DNA of 64,000 nucleotides from Bacteroidota bacterium (GCA_023386235.1 JAEWKC010000016.1:26069-90068); one strand, 5' to 3'. Shown: positions 18,586-27,852, counted from the first letter of the stretch. Program-made: numbers and translations. The notes: generated from the letters alone by a model not told the origin.

Positions 18586-19119
18586 TTAATTAGCTGCGTC
18601 CGAAAGCTGAATAGCTAACTGATCTGACTCTTCTACATTATTTATTAGTGCATATCTGTCGACTCCATTGATAGCCATTTCATCTAAAATATCTACTACA
18701 TTTTTATAATTGCTTTCGTTTCCGGGTTTTATGAGTACCATAAAATCCTTTTCAGCTGTTGTTTGTTTCTTATTTATAATCACGTCTCTTATTTCTTTGA
18801 ATGAGGATGCTTTTACATTTGCTGCATTCTCTTCTAAAAGTCCTTCGTAATAATATACGTGGTTATTATTTCCTAATAAAATAGTTAATGCGCCGGATTC
18901 TGCTGTCAATGTCTCTTCTCCCGGTTTAACTTTATCATCAGGCATATTCAGAAACATACCCGTTGGCTGGCTCATGGTAGTAGTGAATACGAAGAACGTA
19001 ATCAACAGGAAACCCAAGTCCACCATTGGTGTTAAATCTACCCGTAAAGACTTTTTCGGACTTTTCTTGACCCCTGGACCTTTTTTATTGTCCCGGGACG
19101 AGGTATCTAAATCTGCCAT
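18586..19119 (-). CDS. exbD: biopolymer transport protein ExbD/TolR
   Basis: The DLTPMVDLGFLLITFF TM motif is typical of ExbD, and the gene sits in an exbB-exbD-exbD-tonB array. Confidence 0.8.
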   Translation of the reverse strand: MADLDTSSRDNKKGPGVKKSPKKSLRVDLTPMVDLGFLLITFFVFTTTMSQPTGMFLNMPDDKVKPGEETLTAESGALTILLGNNNHVYYYEGLLEENAANVKASSFKEIRDVIINKKQTTAEKDFMVLIKPGNESNYKNVVDILDEMAINGVDRYALINNVEESDQLAIQLSDAAN

Positions 19120-19163
19120 ATTCTTTTTATTTTAAAATTTTATTGTTCTTTTTTATACTAATG

Positions 19164-19829
19164 CTATTCTGCCGTAGAGGATCCTCCGCCGCGCATTTGC
19201 CTTCTCCATAAGTCTGTTCCTTCAGGGGCGGATTTTTGGTTGGTAACCATAGAAAACTTGAATATATTGTTATCAGTCAACGCTTTCAAGATGTTTTTAA
19301 ACTGAGGAAATTTTGCTACATTATCTCCTTTCAACATGAATGCAGGTCCGTCTTCTCCTAAATATACCTGGTTATAGGCACCTATCCAAAATTTCATTTC
19401 GTTATTGGAAGTGTCTGTTATAGGTACTCCCGGTAGTTTTCCAAGTTCAGATCTTGGTACGGTTACTTGTTGCTTTAAATTTTGTATTGGTACCGCAATC
19501 ATGCCTTGTTTGGCAATTGCATTTACTTCAGCTTGTGTAAGACCTGCCGCTTTTTGTGTGTTGATTACATCAATAAGTTTTACAAAATCTTCTTCTAAAT
19601 CTTCTGATACACCAAAGAAAGCTCTTCCTTCTCTGTCAAGAGACATGGTAATAACGTTTTTTTCAGGGGCCGGCTTAGTTGCAACAGAACTTGGAGTTTC
19701 TATTGTAACAGCTTCATCAGGTTTAAACTTTGTGGTCATTATAAAGAATGCCAAAAGCAAAAACGTAACGTCGCACATTGCAGCCATGTCTATAAATGTA
19801 CTCTTTCGAGCGACCTTTGCTCTTCCCAT
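19164..19829 (-). CDS. exbD: biopolymer transport protein ExbD/TolR (second paralog)
   Basis: FIDMAAMCDVTFLLLAFFIM TM motif; 221 aa; directly downstream of exbB. Confidence 0.8.
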   Translation of the reverse strand: MGRAKVARKSTFIDMAAMCDVTFLLLAFFIMTTKFKPDEAVTIETPSSVATKPAPEKNVITMSLDREGRAFFGVSEDLEEDFVKLIDVINTQKAAGLTQAEVNAIAKQGMIAVPIQNLKQQVTVPRSELGKLPGVPITDTSNNEMKFWIGAYNQVYLGEDGPAFMLKGDNVAKFPQFKNILKALTDNNIFKFSMVTNQKSAPEGTDLWRRQMRGGGSSTAE

Positions 19830-19912
19830 TTTTTTATTTTTTGTTTTGTGTCATTAATAAGATGTATTTGGCATCTTTTTTCCATAAACTTTTCCAACTT
19901 TTTTTCAAAACC

Positions 19913-19955
19913 GAAAAAAAAAGTTTTTAGCTGCATTGTTAATACAACTAAAAAC
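19913..19955 (-). terminator. terminator-like hairpin between exbB and first exbD (possible intra-operon attenuator)
   Basis: Read on the minus strand: GTTTTTAG, a 17-nt loop, CTAAAAAC, then T9. It is a perfect 8-bp but AT-rich stem (19923-19930 / 19948-19955). Confidence 0.45.
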
Positions 19956-19968
19956 CTTAAACAGGAAA

Positions 19969-20847
19969 TTATTTATAATTAGCCGCGAAGCTTTGTTGTA
20001 AAGTAAAACCGGATTCATCAATACCATAGGTAATACCATCAATACGCGTAGTAAAGATATTATAAGTAATGATCGCTATAGCTGATGTACCGATACCAAG
20101 AGCTGTACAATACAACGCCTCAGAAATAGCCACAGAAAGCTGAGAAGTAGCGTTACCGCCGCCGCCATCTGCTCCCAGTGCAGAGAACGCTCTAATCATA
20201 CCGATTACCGTACCCAATAACCCTACTAACGTAGATACAGAAGAAAGCGTGGAAAGGAAAACCAGGTTTTTCTCCAGCATTGGTAACTCTAGTGCCGTTG
20301 CTTCTTCTATTTCTTTTTGTATAACCAATAATTTTTGGTCGGTATCTAAGTCAGATGTAGGTACATTGATCATTTCTTTATATTTCAATAAACCTTGTTT
20401 CATTACATTGCCTACAGAACCTTTTTGTCTGTCGCATAGCGCCAATGCTTTATCTACATCTTTATTTGCTAATGCATACTGTACGTTTCTGATAAATTCG
20501 TTGATATTTCCTTTACCAGTTGCTTTAGATAAAGTCAATGCTCTTTCGATAACGAAAGTTAAACATATGAATAAACCGGCTAAAAGGAACGGTACCACTA
20601 TACCACCTTCATACATACGAGTCAATGGATCTTTAGGTCCGTGGTGACTAGGCCAGAAGCCGCCATTTGGATCCGGATCAGTAAAGTTGTTTGGATTTCC
20701 TAATACATACCTCCAAATTACATAACCTAAGATAATACAAAGAATTGGAGCAATCCATGAAATCACGTTTGATGATTTCTTCGCTTTTGCAGGTGTAGCT
20801 TTTACAGTTTTAGTTGCTACTGGTGTTGTTGGTTTAATGTCCGCCAT
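19969..20847 (-). CDS. exbB: MotA/TolQ/ExbB proton channel family protein
   Basis: Three TM segments, with a conserved C-terminal ExbB region (LGLLGTVIGMIRAF, ISEALYCTALG). Confidence 0.85.
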   Translation of the reverse strand: MADIKPTTPVATKTVKATPAKAKKSSNVISWIAPILCIILGYVIWRYVLGNPNNFTDPDPNGGFWPSHHGPKDPLTRMYEGGIVVPFLLAGLFICLTFVIERALTLSKATGKGNINEFIRNVQYALANKDVDKALALCDRQKGSVGNVMKQGLLKYKEMINVPTSDLDTDQKLLVIQKEIEEATALELPMLEKNLVFLSTLSSVSTLVGLLGTVIGMIRAFSALGADGGGGNATSQLSVAISEALYCTALGIGTSAIAIITYNIFTTRIDGITYGIDESGFTLQQSFAANYK

Positions 20848-20937
20848 GATACGATTTTTTTTAAATGATAAATTTTAGTTTTTTAGTTTTAATATTTTCA
20901 GAGCCACAATTTTAGAAGTTTTTTCCGAAAAACAAAA

Positions 20938-20955
20938 AAACTTTTTAAAAAGTTT
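20938..20955. promoter_or_regulatory. perfect 18-nt AT-rich palindrome AAACTTTTTAAAAAGTTT upstream of exbB
   Basis: Perfect 9+9 inverted repeat with no spacer, about 90-110 nt upstream of the exbB start. Candidate operator, function unknown. Confidence 0.25.
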
Positions 20956-21000
20956 CTGTGAATATACAATTTTCTCTATAACTCTTTAAAAAATGACAAA

Positions 21001-21008
21001 CAAATGTA
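21001..21008 (-). promoter_or_regulatory. candidate Bacteroidetes -7 promoter box (TACATTTG) for exbB operon
   Basis: Matches TAnnTTTG on the minus strand, about 155 nt upstream of the exbB ATG. Confidence 0.3.
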
Positions 21009-21088
21009 TCACAAAAATCAATAAAACGGACAAAATGATTATTATTTTTTTGTGATTTAAATCATATTGTTTTTTTAGAAAAAAATAT

Positions 21089-23206
21089 TTAAACAAATGC
21101 CCTGTAAACAATAAAGCTTAATACGTACGCGATACCCGTCATATAAAAGAGTTGAAACAAGGGCCACTTCCAGGTACCGGTTTCTCTGCGTACTATGGCA
21201 AGCGTACTCATGCACTGCATGGCAAATACATAAAATATCATCAGCGAAAGTCCGGTTGCTAATGTGTACAACTTAGTGCCATCGGCACGTACAGCGTTAT
21301 CCATCTTTTCTCTCAGGGTGGCTTCATTGGTTTCGTCTGCGCTATACAATGTAGCCATAGTGCCTACAAATACTTCTCTTGCGGCAAACGATGTAATGAT
21401 GGCTATGCCTATCTTCCAGTCGAATCCTAAGGGTTCTATCGACGGCTCTATTGCCTTTCCGAGAATTCCGGCATACGAGTTTTCTAATTTTTCTGAAGCG
21501 TAATTTTTTTGAATTTCTTCCGGGTCTGATGAAGTGCCTTGCATTGCTGCTTCATACTTTTGATCTACCGCGTTCATTCTGGCAGAAGGTCCATAACTGC
21601 TCAGCAACCATATAATAATGCTGATGATCATGATGATCTTTCCCGCTTCAATCAAAAATATCTTTCCCTTCTCTACCATTGTTACAAAAATATTTTTCCA
21701 GCGCGGAACCTTGTAAACAGGGAGTTCCAGAATAAAATAGCTTTTTTCTTTTATCTTAATAAAGAACTTTAATACATAGCTTACAAGCAAAGCGGTAACA
21801 AAACCAAGCAAATACAAGCCCATCATTACCAGCCCTTGCAACGAAATAAATCCGCCAATGTAAGTGTTGGGAATAACCAGGGCTATAAGAATTATATACA
21901 CCGGCAACCTTGCACTGCAACTCATTAAGGGTGTAATAAGAATAGTAAGTAAACGCTCTTTTTTGTTTTCGATATTTCTTGCAGACATCACCGCGGGAAT
22001 AGCACACGCAAAGCCACTGATCATGGGCATTACGCTTTTGCCGTTAAGTCCTACTTTACGCATCAGCTTATCCATCAGGAAACTAATGCGTGCCATATAG
22101 CCCGTATCTTCCAGTATACCTATTAAACCAAAAAGAATCATGATTTGCGGCAGAAAAATAATAATGCCTCCAATGCCTGCAAGCACGCCGTTTACCAACA
22201 GGTCAGACCACCAGCTTTCGGGTAGCACAGCACCTACCCAAGACGTTAATGCAGAGAAGCCTTCATCGATCAGATCCATCGGGTAAGAAGCTACCCAGTA
22301 AATACATTGAAACAATACAAAGACCACAGCCAGCAACACTATATACCCCCAGACTCTGTGAAGTAAAATGTTATCAATTTTTTCGGTAAATATTTTTTTT
22401 CTTAGCGGATCGGGCTCTACCAAAGTATTTTGTACAATTTGCTGTATTTTTTGGTAACGCTGCAATACCTCCTGCGCCTGTATTTTAGTTTCGTTGAATT
22501 GGCTTTGCTGCTTTATAGCATTAATTTTATTTTTCAGCACAGCATCATCCACAATGGCATCTGTATGTATCAGCGTATGCAAAACCGTGTAGGGCGTTAC
22601 GTCCGGCATTATCTGCTGCGCTTCTTTTACAACCGGCGTCAATCTGTCTATATCTATAAAACTTTCTTTGTGATGATAATGCTTTTCTTCAATAGTAAGC
22701 AGCAATACCTTTTTGAGCTGCTCAAGTCCCTTACCGGTTCTTGGATTTACGGGCACCACGGGTACGCCCAATTCTATCGACAGCTCATCGGTATCTATCT
22801 TAATGCCTTTCTTTGCTGCGATGTCGCCCATAGTCATAGCCACCACTACTTTGTAGTTAAGGTCTATAAGCTGCGAGCAGTAAAGCAGGTTTCTTTTTAA
22901 GTTGCTTGCATCCATCACCAGCAATACAATGTGCGGTTTTTTAGCAGCATCATTTTCCATAAGCACATTGTATGTAACCCATTCATCCTCTCGCCTAGGA
23001 TACAAGCTATAAGAGCCGGGCAGATCTATAAGGCTCACGGAAATATTTTTCTCCAGCTGGGCCATACCTGTTTTTTTATCTACGGTAACGCCCGGGAAAT
23101 TTCCAACTTTTTGATTCAGTCCTGTTAATGCATTAAAAAGCGAACTCTTGCCACAATTAGGATTGCCTACAACGGCTATATCGGCATTGTTTTGATTTTT
23201 GCTCAT
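21089..23206 (-). CDS. feoB: ferrous iron transport protein B
   Basis: N-terminal G-domain VGNPNCGKSSLFN and DLPG, followed by a large polytopic permease; 705 aa. Confidence 0.9.
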   Translation of the reverse strand: MSKNQNNADIAVVGNPNCGKSSLFNALTGLNQKVGNFPGVTVDKKTGMAQLEKNISVSLIDLPGSYSLYPRREDEWVTYNVLMENDAAKKPHIVLLVMDASNLKRNLLYCSQLIDLNYKVVVAMTMGDIAAKKGIKIDTDELSIELGVPVVPVNPRTGKGLEQLKKVLLLTIEEKHYHHKESFIDIDRLTPVVKEAQQIMPDVTPYTVLHTLIHTDAIVDDAVLKNKINAIKQQSQFNETKIQAQEVLQRYQKIQQIVQNTLVEPDPLRKKIFTEKIDNILLHRVWGYIVLLAVVFVLFQCIYWVASYPMDLIDEGFSALTSWVGAVLPESWWSDLLVNGVLAGIGGIIIFLPQIMILFGLIGILEDTGYMARISFLMDKLMRKVGLNGKSVMPMISGFACAIPAVMSARNIENKKERLLTILITPLMSCSARLPVYIILIALVIPNTYIGGFISLQGLVMMGLYLLGFVTALLVSYVLKFFIKIKEKSYFILELPVYKVPRWKNIFVTMVEKGKIFLIEAGKIIMIISIIIWLLSSYGPSARMNAVDQKYEAAMQGTSSDPEEIQKNYASEKLENSYAGILGKAIEPSIEPLGFDWKIGIAIITSFAAREVFVGTMATLYSADETNEATLREKMDNAVRADGTKLYTLATGLSLMIFYVFAMQCMSTLAIVRRETGTWKWPLFQLFYMTGIAYVLSFIVYRAFV

Positions 23207-23226
23207 GAGAACGGCAAAAATACAAT

Positions 23227-23234
23227 TAGATTTG
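23227..23234 (+). promoter_or_regulatory. candidate -7 promoter box TAGATTTG
   Basis: Matches TAnnTTTG, 42 nt upstream of ATG 23276. Confidence 0.3.
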
Positions 23235-23275
23235 AAAAGTAATTTACGAATTAAGGAAAATAACTAAATTTGTTC

Positions 23276-23725
23276 ATGGCTAAACAACAAGCATTGTCTC
23301 TGGATGTAGACAGTATGATCAATGATTTTTTTGAAGATTGTCGTATTTACGGCATTGTTACCAACTTTAAAAATTACAAATTTTGCTGGTACATCAATAA
23401 AATGATGGGCTACAACTTTAAGCTGAATGTAGATATAGAAATCATTACTCAAAAAAAAGAGCGCAGATACGTTTTTCCGGTATACCAGCACAGCATTAAA
23501 AACAGCAGTGTATCGCATTACTTATACGACAACAGTTTTGATGGTGAATATCTTATTCCTGAATTTAAGCATATAGATTTTCTCTGGCTGATGAAAGGAG
23601 AACATTACATAGATGAGGAAGAATGTAATGAAGTAATTGAAATTGTGCGCAGCACCAAAGAAGTGCAGATGATATCGGAAATTGATATTGAAAAGCTTCC
23701 CAGCAGAGCCTATCTTATTTTTTAG
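23276..23725 (+). CDS. IPExxxVDY-family-like protein of unknown function
   Basis: About 150 aa with the LIPEFKHIDF motif, which fits the IPExxxVDY pattern loosely. I took the start at ATG 23276 rather than TTG 23270. Confidence 0.5.
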   Translation: MAKQQALSLDVDSMINDFFEDCRIYGIVTNFKNYKFCWYINKMMGYNFKLNVDIEIITQKKERRYVFPVYQHSIKNSSVSHYLYDNSFDGEYLIPEFKHIDFLWLMKGEHYIDEEECNEVIEIVRSTKEVQMISEIDIEKLPSRAYLIF

Positions 23726-23727
23726 GG

Positions 23728-24162
23728 CTACATGTAAAACTTTTTTTCCATAAGCAAATGCGGCACTCCCTGCTGTTCAAAAGGTTCGCCGTACACTACA
23801 TAGCCGCAGCGCTCAAAAAAACTTTTAGAATCCTGTCGGGCATGCATATATATTCTTTTATACCCTAGGTCTTTGGCAATGGTTTCGGCAAATCGCAAAA
23901 TAGCTTTCCCAATACCTTTGCCGCGCAAACCGTTTGCCACAGCCATTTGCCTTAGCTGCATGGTATTTTTATCTATCTTTTTTAACTGACAGCAGCCTTC
24001 CAGCTTGTCATCGTCGTAGCAACCAAGCAGAATATTGTCTTTATCCATATCTAAATAAGCCTGATCAAAATCAAGCCCCAATGGCTTTCTTAAAACATTT
24101 CTTCTTAGTTCTACCATTTGCCGGTATTGCGGAGAACCATAGTCTATAAACTGGAGAGACAT
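23728..24162 (-). CDS. GNAT family N-acetyltransferase
   Basis: Acetyl-CoA binding motif QMAVANGLRGKGIGKAIL; 144 aa. Confidence 0.8.
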   Translation of the reverse strand: MSLQFIDYGSPQYRQMVELRRNVLRKPLGLDFDQAYLDMDKDNILLGCYDDDKLEGCCQLKKIDKNTMQLRQMAVANGLRGKGIGKAILRFAETIAKDLGYKRIYMHARQDSKSFFERCGYVVYGEPFEQQGVPHLLMEKKFYM

Positions 24163-24365
24163 AACTGCAATTTCAAATTTGAATTAAAATTAAACAGATT
24201 TTATGTACCTGAAAAATTTATCTTGCTCAATTTCGACAATTCTTCATAATAATTTACATCCAAAAATATTAATTTCTGTATGTATATGTAAAACAGTTTT
24301 TTTGCACATAATTAAGCCGAATTAAAAAAATTAGAAGAAACTGTTTTTATTTTGATTAAAAGCTA

Positions 24366-24373
24366 TATTTTTG
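24366..24373 (+). promoter_or_regulatory. candidate -7 promoter box TATTTTTG for acpP
   Basis: Matches TAnnTTTG, 26 nt upstream of the acpP ATG at 24399. Confidence 0.4.
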
Positions 24374-24398
24374 CGTCTGTAACAAAAATCATATTACA

Positions 24399-24635
24399 AT
24401 GTCAGAAATCGAAAGCAGAGTAAAAAAAATAATCGTTGACAAGTTGGGTGTTGAAGAATCAGAAGTAGTTACTGAAGCTTCATTCACAAACGATTTGGGA
24501 GCAGATTCGTTAGATACCGTAGAATTGATAATGGAATTCGAAAAAGAATTCAACATTTCTATTCCGGATGAGCAGGCGGAAACCATTACTACAGTGGGCC
24601 AAGCTGTAAGCTATTTGGAAGAACACGCTAAATAA
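24399..24635 (+). CDS. acpP: acyl carrier protein
   Basis: The phosphopantetheine attachment motif [16 protein letters not shown] is present; 78 aa. Confidence 0.95.
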   Translation: MSEIESRVKKIIVDKLGVEESEVVTEASFTNDLGADSLDTVELIMEFEKEFNISIPDEQAETITTVGQAVSYLEEHAK

Positions 24636-24670
24636 GTCTATTCGGTAACAACAATCTACAAGATATAAAT

Positions 24671-24716
24671 CCGTACTCACATCGTTGATACCTTTTGGCG
24701 TTGTAAGTACGGTTTT
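24671..24716 (+). terminator. hairpin plus T run between acpP and fabF (partial terminator/attenuator)
   Basis: ccgtact (24671-24677) pairs with agtacgg (24706-24712), followed by TTTT. This fits higher acpP than fabF expression. Confidence 0.4.
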
Positions 24717-24754
24717 ACGTATATTAAGGTCTACAAACATTTATTAATATTTTT

Positions 24755-26011
24755 ATGGAGCATAAAAGAGTAGTAATTACAGGAATCGGAGCCATTACAC
24801 CTATTGGCAATACTCCGGAAGAATACTGGGAAGGATTGAAAAACGGAGTTTCAGGGGCTGAGCCTATTACACTTTTTGATGCATCAAAGTTTAAGACAAG
24901 GTTTGCCTGCGAAATTAAAAACTTTGACCCGGAGCAATATCTGGAGAAAAAAGAAGCACGCAAGCTTGACAGATTTGCCCAGCTGGCAATAGCTGCAAGC
25001 GATCAGGCCATTGAAGATGCAGGGCTAAAAGCCAATGAAAACTTTGATCCCACACGTGCGGGTGTAATTTTAGGAAGCGGCATAGGCGGACTGATTACTT
25101 TTCAAAAAGAAGTGCAGGACTTTGCCAACGGCGATGGCACACCACGCTTTAACCCCTTCTTTATTCCTAAAATGATACTGGACATTGCACCCGGCCAGGT
25201 ATCTATAAAGCACAATCTTAAAGGTCCTAACTACGCCACTGTAAGTGCCTGCGCCAGTAGCACACACGCTATGATCAACGCGCTGGATACGATCAGGCTG
25301 GGAAAGGCCGACATTATCCTCACCGGAGGCAGCGAAGCCGTTATAAGCGAAGCCGGTGTTGGCGGCTTTAACTCAATGAAAGCATTAAGCGAACGCAATG
25401 ATGATCCTAAAACCGCGTCTCGCCCATACGATAAAGACAGAGACGGATTCGTTATCGGTGAAGCCGGAGCTGTACTGATATTTGAAACGCTGGAACACGC
25501 GCAGAAACGCGGAGCAAAAATTTATTGCGAAGTGGCAGGTGGCGGCGCCACAGCCGATGCTTACCACATTACAGCACCACATCCCGAAGGGATAGGAGCT
25601 GAAAAAGTAATGCGCAACGCGCTGGAAAATGCCAATATGAATATTGATGAAATTGATTACATCAATACCCACGGCACTTCTACCCCACTGGGCGATATGG
25701 CCGAAGTAAAAGCCATACTGAATGTATTTGGCGAACACGCTTATAAACTCAACATCAGCTCTACAAAATCTATGACCGGTCATTGCCTTGGCGCGGCCGG
25801 TGTTATTGAAACAATTGCCTGTATAATGGCGGTAAAAAACAATATAGTGCCTCCTACCATCAATCATTTCACCGACGATGAAGATTTAGATCCTAAGCTG
25901 AATATGACTTTTAATAAAGCACAGGAAAGAACTGTGAATGCCGCCTTAAGCAATACCTTTGGTTTTGGCGGACACAATGCAGCCATAATAGTAAAGAAAT
26001 ACACTGAATAA
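24755..26011 (+). CDS. fabF: beta-ketoacyl-ACP synthase II
   Basis: Active-site region ATVSACASS, plus the INTHGTSTP and GFGGHNA motifs. Confidence 0.95.
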   Translation: MEHKRVVITGIGAITPIGNTPEEYWEGLKNGVSGAEPITLFDASKFKTRFACEIKNFDPEQYLEKKEARKLDRFAQLAIAASDQAIEDAGLKANENFDPTRAGVILGSGIGGLITFQKEVQDFANGDGTPRFNPFFIPKMILDIAPGQVSIKHNLKGPNYATVSACASSTHAMINALDTIRLGKADIILTGGSEAVISEAGVGGFNSMKALSERNDDPKTASRPYDKDRDGFVIGEAGAVLIFETLEHAQKRGAKIYCEVAGGGATADAYHITAPHPEGIGAEKVMRNALENANMNIDEIDYINTHGTSTPLGDMAEVKAILNVFGEHAYKLNISSTKSMTGHCLGAAGVIETIACIMAVKNNIVPPTINHFTDDEDLDPKLNMTFNKAQERTVNAALSNTFGFGGHNAAIIVKKYTE

Positions 26012-26017
26012 ATTATT

Positions 26018-26722
26018 TTGACAGGCAACAGAAATATTTTTGAGAAAAAAACTTCTGTACGAAAGCAGGTAGAGTACATCCTTGGACTCAAGCTCAAAAA
26101 TGCGCTTCTTTTCAAAAGGGCGCTTAGTCACTCCTCTGCCAATAATGATCCTATTGACAATAACGAGCGCCTTGAATACTTAGGTGATGCGATATTGGGC
26201 GCCATTGTTGCGGATTACCTGTTTAAGCTATACCCCTACAAAAGTGAAGGCTTCCTCACAGAAATGAGAAGCAAGATGGTCAACCGACAAAAGTTGAACG
26301 ACATTGCCATAAAAATGGGATTGAATAATTTAGTGATATTTAATCAACATGACAAGTCCATTAAAAACAGCCAGCAGATTTTCGGAAACACTTTAGAAGC
26401 CATCATAGGAGCTATTTACCTCGATAACGGATATGATAAGACCAAGAAATGGGTATTGAAACAGGTGGTCATCCCTTATCTGGGTGTGGATGCATTGGAA
26501 AATGTAGAGATCAATCTTAAAAACAAAATTATAGGTTGGGCCAATAAAAATAACCACGAACTCTCTTTTGAAACCATAGAAGAAAAATATGACCGCGGCA
26601 GGCGTGTATTCGTTGTGGCCATTATGTTAAACGGTGAGCAGGTAGCCTCGGGTACCGGCTTTAGCAAGAAAGAAGCCAGCCAGATAGCGGCAGGCATAGC
26701 GAATGATGTGCTGGATATTTAA
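26018..26722 (+). CDS. rnc: ribonuclease III
   Basis: RNase III signature ERLEYLGDAILG and a C-terminal dsRBD (GSGTGFSKKEASQIAA). There is no in-frame ATG near the 5' end, so the TTG at 26018 is the assumed start. Confidence 0.85.
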   Translation: MTGNRNIFEKKTSVRKQVEYILGLKLKNALLFKRALSHSSANNDPIDNNERLEYLGDAILGAIVADYLFKLYPYKSEGFLTEMRSKMVNRQKLNDIAIKMGLNNLVIFNQHDKSIKNSQQIFGNTLEAIIGAIYLDNGYDKTKKWVLKQVVIPYLGVDALENVEINLKNKIIGWANKNNHELSFETIEEKYDRGRRVFVVAIMLNGEQVASGTGFSKKEASQIAAGIANDVLDI

Positions 26723-26733
26723 ATGACCTCTTC

Positions 26734-27777
26734 TTACGGTTGCACTCTTTTCAGCAAAATTATATACACCGGAAAGTGATCGCTATAGCCGCCTCTGTAC
26801 ACATCGCCACTGTATGTGCGCATTGGATAGCCTTTGTATCTGCCTATATTCTCTACCATATATTCTTTTCTGAAAATTTGATTTTTGTAGTAAAACAGTC
26901 CTTCCTGGTTTTTATCTAAAAAAGCCTGAGATATCACTATCTGATCAAATAAGCTCCACGAATCCTGGTAAGCGAGTGTGCCTATTCCTTTTTTATAAAG
27001 ATCCAGCCAGGGATTGTACAACTCACCGGTGTTCAGCGCTTTGGCGTCTCCTTTAGCTTTCAAACCTTTGGTGAGGCTTTCGTTTACAGGGTCGTCATTC
27101 AAATCTCCCATCAATATAATTTTAGCGTTTTCATTATTTTTAAAAATATTGTCTATCGTCTTTCTTGCTGAGGCGGCAGCGGCCATTCTGCCCGGCATAG
27201 ATCTTTTTTCACCGCCCGAACGGCTTGGCCAGTGATTTACAAACAGCTCTACTTTTTCGCCGTGTAATGTTCCTGATACCCAAAGAATATCCCGGGTAAA
27301 TACAGAGCTTTTAGCTCCTTGCGGCAATTGCACAAAGAGCTGCCTGCTGCTTGCTACCTGAAAGTATGCAGGATTGTATAGCAGCGCTACATCCACACCT
27401 CTAAAATCTTTTGAATCGTAATGCACTATTTTGTATCCTCTGCTTTTTAGCAAAGGATGATTGATAAGCGCTTCCAGCACGCTAAGATTTTCTACCTCTG
27501 CAACGCCTAAAACCGCGGCACCATCAGGGTTTACATCTACTCCTATTTCCGAAATTACTTTAGCCAGCTTATCCAGCTTATCGTAATATACTTTAGAAGT
27601 ATAGGCCTTAGAGCCCCGCGGTGTAAAGGATGCATCGTCATTGGAAGGATGCAGAATTGTATCGTATAAGTTTTCTACATTATAAAATCCTATCACAGCC
27701 GAAGAATATTTTTGCTGTGCACTGAGCTGTATGCTCATTAGGAGACTTACAAAAAGAAATAAGACAAACTGTTTCAT
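26734..27777 (-). CDS. secreted endonuclease/exonuclease/phosphatase (EEP) family protein
   Basis: Signal peptide MKQFVLFLFVSLLMSIQLSAQQ. EEP motifs are present: GFYNVENL near the N-terminus, LMGDLND, and C-terminal YSDHFPV. Confidence 0.8.
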   Translation of the reverse strand: MKQFVLFLFVSLLMSIQLSAQQKYSSAVIGFYNVENLYDTILHPSNDDASFTPRGSKAYTSKVYYDKLDKLAKVISEIGVDVNPDGAAVLGVAEVENLSVLEALINHPLLKSRGYKIVHYDSKDFRGVDVALLYNPAYFQVASSRQLFVQLPQGAKSSVFTRDILWVSGTLHGEKVELFVNHWPSRSGGEKRSMPGRMAAAASARKTIDNIFKNNENAKIILMGDLNDDPVNESLTKGLKAKGDAKALNTGELYNPWLDLYKKGIGTLAYQDSWSLFDQIVISQAFLDKNQEGLFYYKNQIFRKEYMVENIGRYKGYPMRTYSGDVYRGGYSDHFPVYIILLKRVQP

Positions 27778-27799
27778 CCCTTGTATAAATTTATTTTTA

Positions 27800-27807
27800 C
27801 AAAAATA
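27800..27807 (-). promoter_or_regulatory. candidate -7 promoter box TATTTTTG for the EEP nuclease gene
   Basis: Matches TAnnTTTG on the minus strand, 23 nt upstream of ATG 27777. Confidence 0.35.
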
Positions 27808-27844
27808 AGCTGTTATTATTGGTATAAATATATAAAATTTATAT

Positions 27845-27852
27845 TAAATTTG
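27845..27852 (+). promoter_or_regulatory. candidate -7 promoter box TAAATTTG for the barrel-lipoprotein operon
   Basis: Matches TAnnTTTG, 68 nt upstream of ATG 27920. Confidence 0.35.

Noticed and set aside
19405-19857. 150-aa plus-strand ORF antisense to exbD
   Set aside because: It is an antisense shadow, and exbD on the minus strand has the family TM motif and operon context.
21025-21064. Possible Fur box (aatgattattatt / tgatttaaatca) near feoB
   Set aside because: It lies downstream of feoB rather than in its promoter, and it matches the classical GATAATGATAATCATTATC consensus only in AT-rich fragments. That is not distinguishable from background in this AT-rich DNA.
23264-23518. 84-aa minus-strand ORF overlapping the IPExxxVDY-like gene
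   Set aside because: It is antisense to the longer ORF that carries the family motif, and it has no start context.
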